Assembly (NCBI RefSeq): GCF_009914755.1
Contig: NC_060947.1
Length of the DNA: 64,000 nt
Strand: one strand, 5' to 3'
Origin: the human T2T-CHM13v2.0 reference genome, Homo sapiens
Shown: positions 51,412 to 64,000 of the stretch, in pieces
Position numbering within the stretch: position 1 is the first letter of the stretch
Layout: each line of letters begins with the position of its first letter
Notes under the pieces: generated by a model
Told to the model about the DNA's origin: nothing
The model's input: the letters and a program-made list of their open reading frames with translations, nothing else
Database searches by the model: none
Position numbers and translations under genes: made by a program

Positions 51412-52785
51412 GGTTTGGGGAAACAGTTCTAATTTTATTTCATAAGGCTGGTGTATTAGTCATTTTCACACTGCTAGTAAAGACATACCCAAGAGTGGGC
51501 AATTTCCAAAAGAAAGAGGTTTAATGGCCTTACGGTTCCATGTGGCTGGGGAGGTCTCACAATTATGGCAGAAGGCAAGGAGGGGAGAGTCACATGTTAC
51601 GTGGATGATGGCAGGTAAGGAGAGAGCTTGTACAGGGCAACTCCCCCTTATGAAACCATCAGATCTCATGATACTTATTCACTATCATGAGAACAGCATG
51701 GGAAAGACCTGTCCCTGTGATTCAGTTACCTCCCACCAGGTCCCTCCAACATCACATAAGAATTAAACATGAGATTTGTGTGGGGACACAGCCAAACCAT
51801 ATCATTGTGTCCCTGGACCCTCTCAAATCTCATGTCCTCCTCACATTTCAAAACCAATCATGCCTTCCAAACAGTCCCCCAAAGTCTTATCTCATTTCAG
51901 CATTAACTCAAAAGTCCACAGTCTAAAGTTCAAAGTCTCATCTGAGACAAGGCAAGTCCTTTGTGCCTATAAGCCTGTAAAATCAAAAGGAAGTTCGTTA
52001 CTTCCTAGATACAATGAGGGTACAGGCATTGAGTAGATACAGCCATTCCAAGTGGGAGACATTAGACAAAACTAAGGGGCTACAGATACCATGCAAGTCT
52101 GAAATCCAGCGGGGCAGTCAAATTTTAAAATTCCAGAATTATCTCCTTTGACTCCATGTCTCACATCCAGGTCACACTGATAGAAGAGGTAGGTTGCCAT
52201 GGTCTTAGGCAGCTTCATTCCTGTGGCTTTGCAGGGTACAGCCTCCCTCCTGGCTGCTCTCATGGGCTGGTGTTGAGTGTCTGCTGTTTTTCCAGGTATA
52301 TGGTGCAAGTGGTCGGAGGAGCTACCATTCTGGGGTCTGGAGGACAGTGGCCCTCTTTTCCCAGCTATCCCTAGGTGGTGCTTCAGTAGAGACCCTGTGT
52401 GAGGGTCGTGACCCGACGTTTCCCTTCTGCACTGCCCTAGAAGAGGTTCTCCATGAGGGCCCTGTCCCTCCAGCAAACTTCTGCCCGGGCATCCAAGCAT
52501 TTCCATACATCTTCTGAAATCTAGGCGTAGGTTTCCAAACCTCAATTCTTGACTTCTGTGCACCTGCAGGCTCAAGTGCATGTGGAAACTGCCAAGGCTT
52601 GGGGCTTGCACCCTCTGAAGCCACGGCCTGAGCTCTGTGTTGGCCCTTTTCAGCCACAGGTGGAGCAGCTGGGGCACAGGCCACCAAATACCTAGGCTGC
52701 ACACACCAGGGGATCCTGGGCCCAGCCCATAAAACCGTGTTTTCCTCCTAGGCCTCCAGGCCTATGATGAGAGTGGCTGCCGTGA

Positions 52786-53228
<443 letters not shown>

Positions 53229-53396
53229 TGGGATTTTATTTTCTGTCCCATTGTCAGGCTGAAAATTTTCCAAAGTTGTATGCTCCGCTTCCCTTATAAA
53301 ACTGAATGCCTTTAACAGCACCCAAGTCACCTCTTGAATGCTTTGCTGCTTAGAAATTTCTTCTGCCAGATACCCTAAATCATCTCCCTCAGGTTC

Positions 53397-54482
53397 TTTT
53401 GCAGGAAGTCAGGGACCCCGCATGGAGGGACTGGCTGGAGCTCTGGCAGAGGAACATAAATTGTGAAGATTTCATGGACATTCATCAGTTCCCAAATAAT
53501 ACTTTTATAATTTCAAAAGCTGTCTTACTTTAGTCTCTTAATCCTGTTATCTTCATAAGTTGAGGATGTACGTCACCTCAGGACCACTGTGATAGTTGTG
53601 TTAACTGTAGAAATTGATTGTAAAACATGTGTGTTTGAACAATATGAAATCAGTGCACCTTAAAAAAGAACAGATTAACAGTGATTTTTAGGGAACAAGG
53701 GAAGACAACCATAAGGTCTGACTGCCTGTGTGGTCGGGCAAAAAGAGCCATATTTTTCTTCTTGCAGAGAGCCTATAAATGGACGTGCAAGTAGGGGAGA
53801 GATCGCTAAATTCTTTTCCTAGCAAGGAATATTAATATTAATACCCTGGGAAAGGAATGCATTCCTGGGGGAAGGTCTATAATCGGCCGCTCTGGGAATG
53901 TCTGTCTTATGCAGTTGAGCTAAGGACTGAGATTCGTCCTGGTCTCCTGCAGTACCCTCGGGCTTACTAGGGTGGGGAAAAAACTCCACCCTGGTAAATT
54001 TGTGGTCAGACCAGTTCTCTGCTCTGGAACCCTGTTTTCTTTTGTTTAAGATGTTTATCAAGACAGTACGTGCACCGCTGAACATAGACCCTCATCAGTG
54101 GTTCTGCTTTTGCCATTTGCCTTGTGATCTTTGTTGGACCCTTATCAGTGGTTCTGCTTTTTCCCTTTGTCCTGTTCCCTCAGAAGCATGTGATCTTTGT
54201 TAGACCCTTATTAGTAGTTCTACTTTTTGCCTTTTGAATCATGTGATCTTTGTACCTACTCTCTGTTTTACACCCCCTCCCCTTTTGAAATCCTTAATAA
54301 AAAAACTTGCTGGTTTGAGGCTCAGGTGGGCATCACGGTCCTACCGGTATGTGATGTCACCCCTGGCGGCCCAACTGTAAAATTCCTCTCTTGTACTCTT
54401 TCTCTTTATTTCTCAGCTGGTCGACACTTACGGAAAATAGGAAGAACCTACGTGGAAATATTGGGGGTGGGTTCCCCCAATA
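53397..54482 (+). mobile_element. MER11 solo LTR (HML-8) nested in THE1-int
   Basis: 'ttgcaggaagtcagggacccc' to 'gggttcccccaata'; 6-bp TSD aggttc / aagttc; internal ~50-bp repeats. Confidence 0.92.
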
Positions 54483-54857
54483 AAGTTCAGAGTTCTACAG
54501 ATCTCTATGGCAGGAACAAAATGCTGCCGCCTTTTTGCTAAAACATAACAAGAGTCACCTTTGCTCCAGTTCCCAACAAATTCCTCATATCCATCTGAGA
54601 CCACCTCAGCCTGGACTTTATCATCCATCTCACCATCCGCATTTTGGGCAAAGCCATTCAACAAGTCTCTAGGAAGTTCCAAACTTTCCCACATTTTCCT
54701 GTCTTCTTCTGAGCCCTCCAAACTGTTCCAACCTCTGCCTGTTACCCAGTTCAAAAGTAGCTTCCACATTTTTGGGTATCTTTTCAGCAGCACCTCACTC
54801 TACTGGTACTAATTTACTATATTAGTTTATTTTCATACTGCTAATAAAGACATACCT

Positions 54858-55146
54858 GGATTGGGTGCTTGGCTCACACCTGTAATCCCAGCACTTTGGG
54901 AGGCCAAGGCAGGTGGATCACTTGAGGTCAGGAGTTCGAGAGCAGCCTGGCCAATATGGTGAAACCCCATCTCTACTAAAAATACAAAAAACAGCTGGGT
55001 GTGTTGGTGCACACCTATAATCACATCTACTTGGGAGGCTGAGACAGGAGAATCACTTCGTCCCGGGACGCAGAGGTTGCAGTGAGCTGACATCATCCTG
55101 GGCCTCAGAGCAAGACTTAGTCTCAAAAAAAAAAAAAAAAAAAAAA
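54858..55146 (+). mobile_element. AluS nested in THE1 LTR
   Basis: Dimer with A tail. Confidence 0.92.
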
Positions 55147-55261
55147 GTCCCATACCCGAGACTGGTCAATTTACAAAAGGGAAAGGGGTTTAATGAACTT
55201 CCAGTTCCACATGGCTGGGGAGGCCTCACAATCATTGCAGAAGGGAAGGAGGAGCAAGTCA

Positions 55262-55661
<400 letters not shown>

Positions 55662-55802
55662 TCACTGTCAAAAGAAGAGCACAGGAAATACCTGCTCCCA
55701 TGATTCAGTTACCTCCCACCAGGTCCCTCCCACAATACATGGAACTTCAGGATGAGATTTGGGTGGGGACACAGCCAAACCATATCAGCTAGCATCAATC
55801 AG

Positions 55803-56294
55803 TGTGGTATGAAGAATAATGCTTGCTTCTTCCACAAAAATTTCGAAGCCCTAACCTCCAGAACCTGTGACTATGTTACCTTACACATCAAAATAATTTT
55901 TCTGATGTGATTAGTTAAGATGCTTATAATGGAATATTTATCCTGGATTGTGGGGTCGCTGTAATCATAAGGGTTATTTTAAAGGGAAAAGGGAAGCAGG
56001 AGAGTCAGAAGAGATTTGATAACTGAAGCAGAGAGCGGAGTGATGTAATTGCTGGAAGAGGACCACAAGCCAAAAATTGCAGACAATCTTTAGAATCTGT
56101 AAAAAGCTTTCTCCCATAAAAGGCTTCCCCACTAAAGCCTCCAGAGGAGTGCAGTCCTTCAGATACCTCTCCTTTAGCCCTATAAGGCACATTTTAGATT
56201 TCTGACTTCCAGAACTGTAAAATAATGTAATTTTACTGGTTTAAGCCATTGAGTTTGTGGTAATTTTTCAAAGCAGCAATAGGAAACGAATACA
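55803..56294 (+). mobile_element. MLT1D-type LTR
   Basis: 'gaacctgtgactatgttacctta' to 'gcagcaataggaaacgaataca'. Confidence 0.82.
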
Positions 56295-56760
56295 CCGTGA
56301 TACACAATCTAAACAGAAACCTAACTAGATAAGAAAATCACAATACAACTTCCCTTATGAGCACAAATACAAAAGTCCTTCAAAATATCTCCAAACTGAA
56401 TAATCCATCTTGTCAAAATGTTTTTTATCTCAGTAATGTGAGATTGATTTATCATTTGAAAAACAAACTTTGTACTTCATTAACCAATGAAGGAAGAAAA
56501 AAATCTCAATAAATGCAGCAAAAGCTTGTGAGAAAATTCACTATATATTCATGATAAAAATTCTCAGAAAACTGGGTAGAAAAGTAAACTCTCAGTCAGA
56601 TAACTTGTATCTGTGAAAAAACTACTCCAACTAACAAACTAACATCATGCTCATGATTTAACACTGAATTCCTTCTGGTTAAGAGAAAACAAGTAAGATA
56701 TATACAGCTTTGAAAGGAACATTAAAACTGTATTCACAGAATACATCTCTCTAGATAGAC

Positions 56761-56816
<56 letters not shown>

Positions 56817-58395
56817 TATCCTAAATTATCTTTTTAAAAAATTACTAGAACTGGTAAGTAAATTTACCAACATGACAGGACAAAAGGCCACCGTGTATAA
56901 GATTAGATGTATTCCTGTATCCTAGGCATGGAGAATTAGAAATTAAAAAATTTAAAATGCCATTTGTAACAGTATGAAATATATATATGGGTAAATATAC
57001 TAAAATGTGCTTGTAAGACCTGTACATGTAAAATTATTAAACACTGCTGAAATAAACTTATGAATACTAAATACATAGACAGCTATACTGTGTTCATGGA
57101 TTGAAAAAGTCAATATTGTTAATATGTAAGTTTTTTTAAAATTGATCAATACAATCTATTAAGATGTCAGCAGGTTCTTTTTTTTAATCGAAATTGAGAA
57201 ACTGAGATAAAAAAATTCATATGGAAATAAAAAGAACTTAACGATTCAAAATTATTCTGAAAAAAAGAAAAGTTTCAGGACATGAACAACATGATTTGAA
57301 GATTTAATATGAAGCTAAAATAATCAGGACAGCATGGTATTAACATAAGGATAGACAAATTAGTGGAAGATAAGAGATGGTCCAAAAATAGACCTAGAAG
57401 GAAATATAAATGTTTATGACATTGTAAAGGGCAAAGATTTCTAATGTGGGACACCAACATTGTGAACTCTACAAGAAAATAAAAATGTTAAACTAGGTTT
57501 ATCAGTATTAAAAGTTCCTGCTTTTGAGAAGTCACTATTAAGAAAATGAAATGGCACATTGGGAGAAAATATTCACAATACACTTATCTGAGAAAACACT
57601 TGTGACTTCACAAAAGAAGATACGCAGATGGCCAAGGCACACATTAAGTGTAATTATCAGTCTTTAATCATCGAAGAAATACACATTATACTTGCAATGA
57701 GATACTATTTCACACCTGGTAGTATTGCTAACTGGCAAATGATAGAAAATTACAAGTATTGGTGAGGATATGCAGCAAACCAGAATGCTCATAAATTGCT
57801 GGTGAGAAAGTAAAAATTTATAATAGCTTTCAGAAAAGTTGAGCATTTTAAATTAAAATAAACATACATTCACTTTATGGCTCACCAACATAAATGAAAA
57901 TATACGGCAACATCTATACATGCACATGTATGTTCCAAGGAATTTCATTTGCAATAGCTAATAATCTAGAATAAACTCAAATGCCCATCAACTGGTAATG
58001 GATCATCGGGGTATATTCATACAATAGAGTGCAACTCAGGAATCCAAAGGAACGAACTACTGTTATATACAACATATAGATGGATATCAAACACATTATG
58101 CTAAGTAAAAGAAGCCAGAGGAAAAAAGTATACAAGTAGTATAATCCTATTTATGAGATTGTACAAGAAGTAAAACTAATCTATTGGAAAAAATAGATCA
58201 ATGATATGGCTGAAAATAGCGAGGACTTCTAGCAAAGGGCCACAAAAATATTTTTAAGGTAGAGAAAATATTCTATATCTTGATTGTCAGCGTGAATGCA
58301 TGGGTGTAAAAATTTGTTAAAATGACAAACTGTACACTTAAATAGTTCCATTCTATTGTACATAAAGTATAACTCAATGCAATTGATTTTCAATG
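56295..58395 (+). mobile_element. Old L1M (L1ME/MC-type) ORF2 and 3'UTR fragments
   Basis: Degenerate ORF2 motifs and 3'UTR 'ttctatatcttgattg..gtacacttaa'; similar fragments at ~50400-51450. Confidence 0.7.
56752..56815. repeat. (GATA)n tetranucleotide microsatellite
   Basis: About 16 units, directly visible. Confidence 0.97.
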
Positions 58396-59059
58396 TTTAC
58401 ATATGTGTGTGTGTGTATTTTGGCATGTGTTTGTAAGAGGTGGCGAATGAAGTGCAGGAGTGCATACTAGGCTATTTGATTACGTTTGCGCTGTAGACGT
58501 GGGGTCGAGGAATGTAATTTTTTGAAACTTTCTTATCTTGTAAGGTTTATTTTTTCAAAAACAGTAAGCATGCATTACTTTTGAAAGTTAATAAATAAGA
58601 TAGAGACACAATTAAAAGGTAAAAGGCAAGTTCTATTTATTCATCTCTTTCCCAGCTCCATACCGTAGGGTCTAGCACAAATGTGATAATACGGGACTTT
58701 GAATTATTTAATCTTTTAAATAGAGGAGCAGGTATCCTGCAGTCCTGACAAATATCAAGTGCTTTATGCCTTATCCTGGTTGAGTTTCCCATGATGGTTA
58801 ATGGTGGCATCATCCTTACGGGTCTCTGCGCTCGAAAGTCGGCTGTCATTTTCGATATTCCCAAGTTGACAGGCCTGTTTTCTCCCCTCTGTTCCATCTC
58901 ACATCTGTTTATTGAAATTATGCCTACCCGACAAGTTCTAGTTGAAATAACTCTCCCAGGAAGGATGGGCAAAACTTCTGATTAAAGATTGGCTTATTTA
59001 AACTCTTAGATTGCGTTATCATTCTCCTATAGCACTTCACACATGAAATATAAGGAGGA

Positions 59060-59280
59060 AAGTGTGGTAAAGTGGAAATAGCTTTTGGACTTAGAATGTG
59101 AAGGTCAGGACGCACACTCCAGCTCTGTCATTTACTAGATCTGTTACCTGTGGCATCAAGCTTTAGCCACAGGGTCCTCAATCTTCTCATAAACAAAACG
59201 TGGGCAGTAACCACTCCTTGGTGTTGTTTTGAAAGTCTGATTAGTTACTTTATGAATAAATGCATAACACACAACTTGGA
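59060..59280 (+). mobile_element. MIR
   Basis: 'ccagctctgtcatttactag..cctcaatcttctcat'. Confidence 0.6.
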
Positions 59281-59897
59281 ATATGCCAAATATGTTTAGC
59301 AGTTAACCAAAAGATAAGCTTCTATCTTTTAACAGACTGCAAGTCTCTTGATAACCAGGGTCAAGCCCTGCCCACCTGTGTCCTATCCAAATCCTCCCTA
59401 TGCACCTACTTAGCATATTGCCTGGTACATGACAAACTCAGTCAATGTTAAGTGAATTAAATTTTTTGAATTAGGATAAAAATAACCTGCTGACCAGTAC
59501 TGAAGACAGCTTATTCTGGTGTTTGTCCCCAAATCTTCATTTTGCCCCATTAGAATTAGGTTGTTTACCACGTATACCCTCTGTGGTTTTGGTTGTAAAA
59601 GATGCATGTTTCAGGAACAGATTGTGTTGACTTTTTCTGCAAGATCGTGGCATTTGATGGCACTATATCTCATGTGGTAAAAGACTCTAAGCAGGACCCC
59701 ACACTCTTTGACGACACCCTATTTTGCATTTACACTGTTGCTCTGAGAGCTACTGTGAAGGGAGCAGTAAGACAGTAGTCTGACAAAGTAAAAATAAGGT
59801 TTATTTGGGGTGTAAGTTGGCTAATTCCTTGATTCAAATTTTTTCCCCCTTTGTGATTACTGTGTCTTCGTTTAAAAGACAGAAAACTTATAAATTA

Positions 59898-60282
<385 letters not shown>

Positions 60283-60715
60283 TTAAATTAAACTGCATCT
60301 CAATTCAAATACAAAGTAGGAAACTCTGATCACTAACTTTGCCAATCTGTCAATAGACTATCAAAAGTTTTAGCAAGACAGAATTGTCCTTTTGAAAATC
60401 TTATACCACATCCCTAGACACAAGGAGAATTACTTTGTTCAAGTTGTCACCTTGTGACATAAACTTAAAACTGCCTTCCCCCACAGTGGTAACAGTCCTT
60501 ATTCATGAAATAACTTGTATGTGTTGGTAGCTAGATAACTAACATTTCTTAATTATAACAGATGCAGATCCATTAAGGGAATAATATTGCATACTCCGAA
60601 ACCAGTCATGTGTATAATCGTGAGCAATGAAATAATCATGTAAAACTAATCATAATGGCTGTCGTTTAATGAACACCTACTAAATTTAGGTTTTGTTTGT
60701 TTGTTTATTTTTTGA

Positions 60716-61039
<324 letters not shown>

Positions 61040-61680
61040 ATAGATTTTTAAATGATACTTTATTTTTCAAAACTCTCACGGATAGGTAGTATGGCCCATT
61101 TAATAAATAAGAAAGTGAGGCTCAGCAAAGTTAAGTCAGTCTTCCAATTTTGCGTAGTTAGGAGGTGCATAGCTTAGTCAGCTTTTCCTGAGTAAAGCTC
61201 TTGTTTTTTATCTTATGCCAAAGCCAGGCTAAAAACATGCTGGACTTCAAGCAAGCCTCCTGAAATCCAGTCGTCCAACAGTCAAGTAAGTGCTTCAAGG
61301 GCATGTTAACATGCACAGCTGCACTCTAGAAATTATTTTTCAGCACGGTTATTTTTTTTAAGAATTTTTTTTTTTATTTTTTTTACCAGAACAGGTGACT
61401 CTCTTTCCACAATCTTGGTGAATCAGAAAGTATGATGGATAACCTCAGCTTCTTTATAATAAATATTTTGCATTATGTTTAAAAAATATTGCCAGTTTTC
61501 CTAATTCTTTTATTCTCATTCTTAGTTTTTTACTCAATGATATTATGTCCTATGTTTATGATCATAAAATACTCAATTGCTTTATTTAATATAGACTGAT
61601 GTGTTTTCCAAAAACAAAACACTGTAAAACTTTGGGAATTTTTTCTTGTGTTTTATTAGTTCATTCCATAGTATTTAGTT

Positions 61681-62495
61681 AACAAAAATCTGTTGATTGC
61701 CTTCTTTACGTGAAGCATTATTCTATGCCCTGGCAATACAACGGTAAAAAAAAAATAAGAAAACATAACATTTTTTCCTTTGAAAAAGCTTAAATTCTCA
61801 TGGTGCTGTGATATGGTTTGAATGTCACCTCCATAAATCCATGTTGAAACTTTATCCCCAATAAAATAAATAAATAAATAAAAAAGAAACTTTATCCCCA
61901 ATGTGGCAGTATTGAAAGGTGGTGAGAGGTGGGGCCTCTTTAATATGATTGGATTATGAGGCTTCCGGCCTCATGAATTGATTAATCCATTCATGGATTA
62001 ATGTGTTAATGGATGAATGGGTTATCACGGGAGGGGAACTGGTAGCTTTATAAGAGGAAGAGAGACCTGAGTATAGCATGCTAGCCTACTCAGTCCTCTT
62101 GCCGTGCAATGCCCTTGGTCATCTCAGGACTCGTTAAAGAGAACACACTAGCAAGAAGGCTCCCACCAGATGTGCCCCTCCACTTGGACTTCCAAGCCTC
62201 CATAACTGTAAGAAAGAAAGTCATTTTCGTTATAAATTACCACGTTTTCATTATTACGTTATAAGCAACAGAAAATCAATGAAGGGCGATAGAAAACAAA
62301 CCAGAGAAATGAAATCTAAGCTAGGTGGTATAGTGATGTTAAGTGCTATGAATAGTAAAACCATAGCACACCACCATGAGGATTTAAGCTTTTTGAAAGC
62401 AAAAAATGTTATTTTTTCTTATTTTTTTTTACCGTTGTATTCCTAGGGCTTAGAATAGTGCTTCACATAAGGAAGGCAATCAACAAATTTTTGTT
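61681..62495. repeat. Inverted repeat: arms 61681-61819 and 62358-62495
   Basis: Manual alignment gives about 13 substitutions and 1 indel in 139 bp. Confidence 0.92.
61809..62285 (+). mobile_element. MST-type MaLR LTR inserted in an L2 3' end
   Basis: 'tgatatggtttgaatgt' to 'gttataagcaacagaaaa'. Confidence 0.85.
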
Positions 62496-63190
62496 TGTCT
62501 ATACGTTATTGAAAGTGGTACATTAAAGTTTCCAGTTATGACAGCTGAGTTGTCCTATATCTATCTTCAATTTTGTCAGTTTTCGGTTTATTTATTTTTG
62601 GGCTCTGTGGCCAGGTCCAAATATTTTCATAATCGTCACATATTCTTGACAGATGAACACATTTACCTTTATAAAATGTCCTTATTTGTCCCTAGCCACA
62701 AATTTTGCCTTTTAATCTATTTTGTCAATGGCCACTTCATTGTTCTTTTGTTACTGTTTGCGTGGAATATCATTTTCCATCCTTTTACTTTCAATCCATT
62801 TGTGTCTTTGAATCTAAAGTGTCTCTGTTGTACACAGCATATAGTTGGACTATTTAAAATATGTTCTAGAAACCTCTGCCTCTTAATTGAGTTATTTAAT
62901 CCATTTACCTTTAAGGAAATTGCTGATAAGATAGAATCTATGTCTGCCATTTTAAAAATTTTCTTTCTGTTTGCATGGTGTCTCTTTTGTGTCTCTCTTG
63001 ATTGACTACTTTTTTCTTCTGTGTTAAATAGACATTTTATAATGTACCATTTTAATGTTTCTTTACGTATATTATTTGTGGTATCTCAGGGGATTGCAAT
63101 GAACATATTAATTTGTAGTATCTAGCTTCAATTAGTGACAATTTGGTTTTTAAAGTATATAAAAATTTTGCTGATGTATGGCTGTGTTTC
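62496..63190 (-). mobile_element. Old L1M fragment covering the ORF2 N-terminus
   Basis: ORF 62717-62950 'ISLKVNGLNNSIKRQR..TICCVQ..LKVKGWKMIFHAN' is endonuclease-like. Confidence 0.8.
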
Positions 63191-63550
63191 TTCCATTTCT
63201 TGTCTACCAACAAGAAACGGATTTTCTTAACTCCCTGGTTTGTAGGATGAAGTATCAGTATTTCTTTCCTTCTTCTTTCTTTATGTCCTTCCTGTACCCA
63301 TCCTTGCCTGCTGCTAGCACCGAGGCTCTGTAAGCACTAAATTTATGTAACTCTCAAGTACTTTTTAAAATCTATAGCTAGTTGATTGTATGGGTAGAAA
63401 ACCATGAGTGTGTATGTTATTATGATTATATAAATATTATTCACTCTGAAAAAATAGGTGTGCTTAATTAAATTTCTTCCTTTGTGGGCACAATGTCAAG
63501 ACATCGGTCATACTCCAAGAAGCATATTTCTAGGTGCAAATAGATTCACC

Positions 63551-64000
63551 TTTTTTTTTTCTTATTGTACTTTAAGTTTTAGAGAACATGTGCACAACGT
63601 GCAGGTTAGATACATATGTATATATGTGCCATGTTGGTGAGCTGAACCCAGTAACTCGTCATTTAACATTAGGTATATCTCCAAATGCTATCCCTCCCCC
63701 CTCCCCCCACCCCACAACAGGCCCCGGTGTGTGATGTTCCCCTTCCTGTGTCCATGCGTTCTCATTGCTCAATTCCCACGTATGAGTGGGAACATGCGGT
63801 GTTTGGTTTTCTGTCCTTGCGATAGTTTGCTGAGAATGATGGTTTCCAGCAAACCCTACAAAGGACATGAACTCATCATTTTTTATGGCTGCATAGTATT
63901 CCATGGTGTATATGTGCCACATTTTCTTAATGCAGTCTATCGTTGTTGGACATTTGGCTTGGTTCCAAGTCTTTGCTATTGTGAATAGTGCCGCAATAAA
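63551..64000 (-). mobile_element. L1PA 3' end, continuing past the window edge
   Basis: L1PA 3'UTR and ORF2 C-terminus 'MWHIYTMEYYAAIKNDEFMSF'. Confidence 0.93.

Noticed and set aside
52072-52704. 210-aa and 126-aa ORFs
   Set aside because: They lie within the THE1 internal region and are degenerate MaLR sequence, not a host gene.
54085-54260. About 50-bp tandem repeats
   Set aside because: A normal internal feature of MER11 LTRs.
60445-60459. Palindrome tgtcac-ctt-gtgaca
   Set aside because: Short enough to occur by chance and not a canonical nuclear-receptor element.

Overview
Repeat-dense, non-coding primate genomic DNA, probably catarrhine since LTR17, LTR6 and MER11 LTRs are present; the species and locus cannot be determined here. 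I find no supportable host protein-coding gene, RNA gene or CRISPR array. Almost all listed ORFs are chance frames in Alu, L1, LTR or simple repeats. Main elements: a solo ERV-W LTR17 (1361-2261, minus) carrying a CpG-rich 24-bp minisatellite in U5; a near full-length but inactivated L1PA (35756-41737, minus); an internally deleted L1MA whose 5'UTR is fused to late ORF2 (29938-32591); a complete THE1 provirus with nested MER11 and three Alus (51452-55787); a solo LTR6; about 30 Alus; and many older MaLR, L2, MIR and DNA-transposon relics. The most notable structures are the LTR17 minisatellite, a ~139-bp local inverted duplication (61681-61819 / 62358-62495), a poly(A)-only insertion with a 17-bp TSD, and several deletion junctions. 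I cannot support a previously undescribed biological system. Repeat subfamily names come from remembered consensus sequences and need RepeatMasker/Dfam confirmation.
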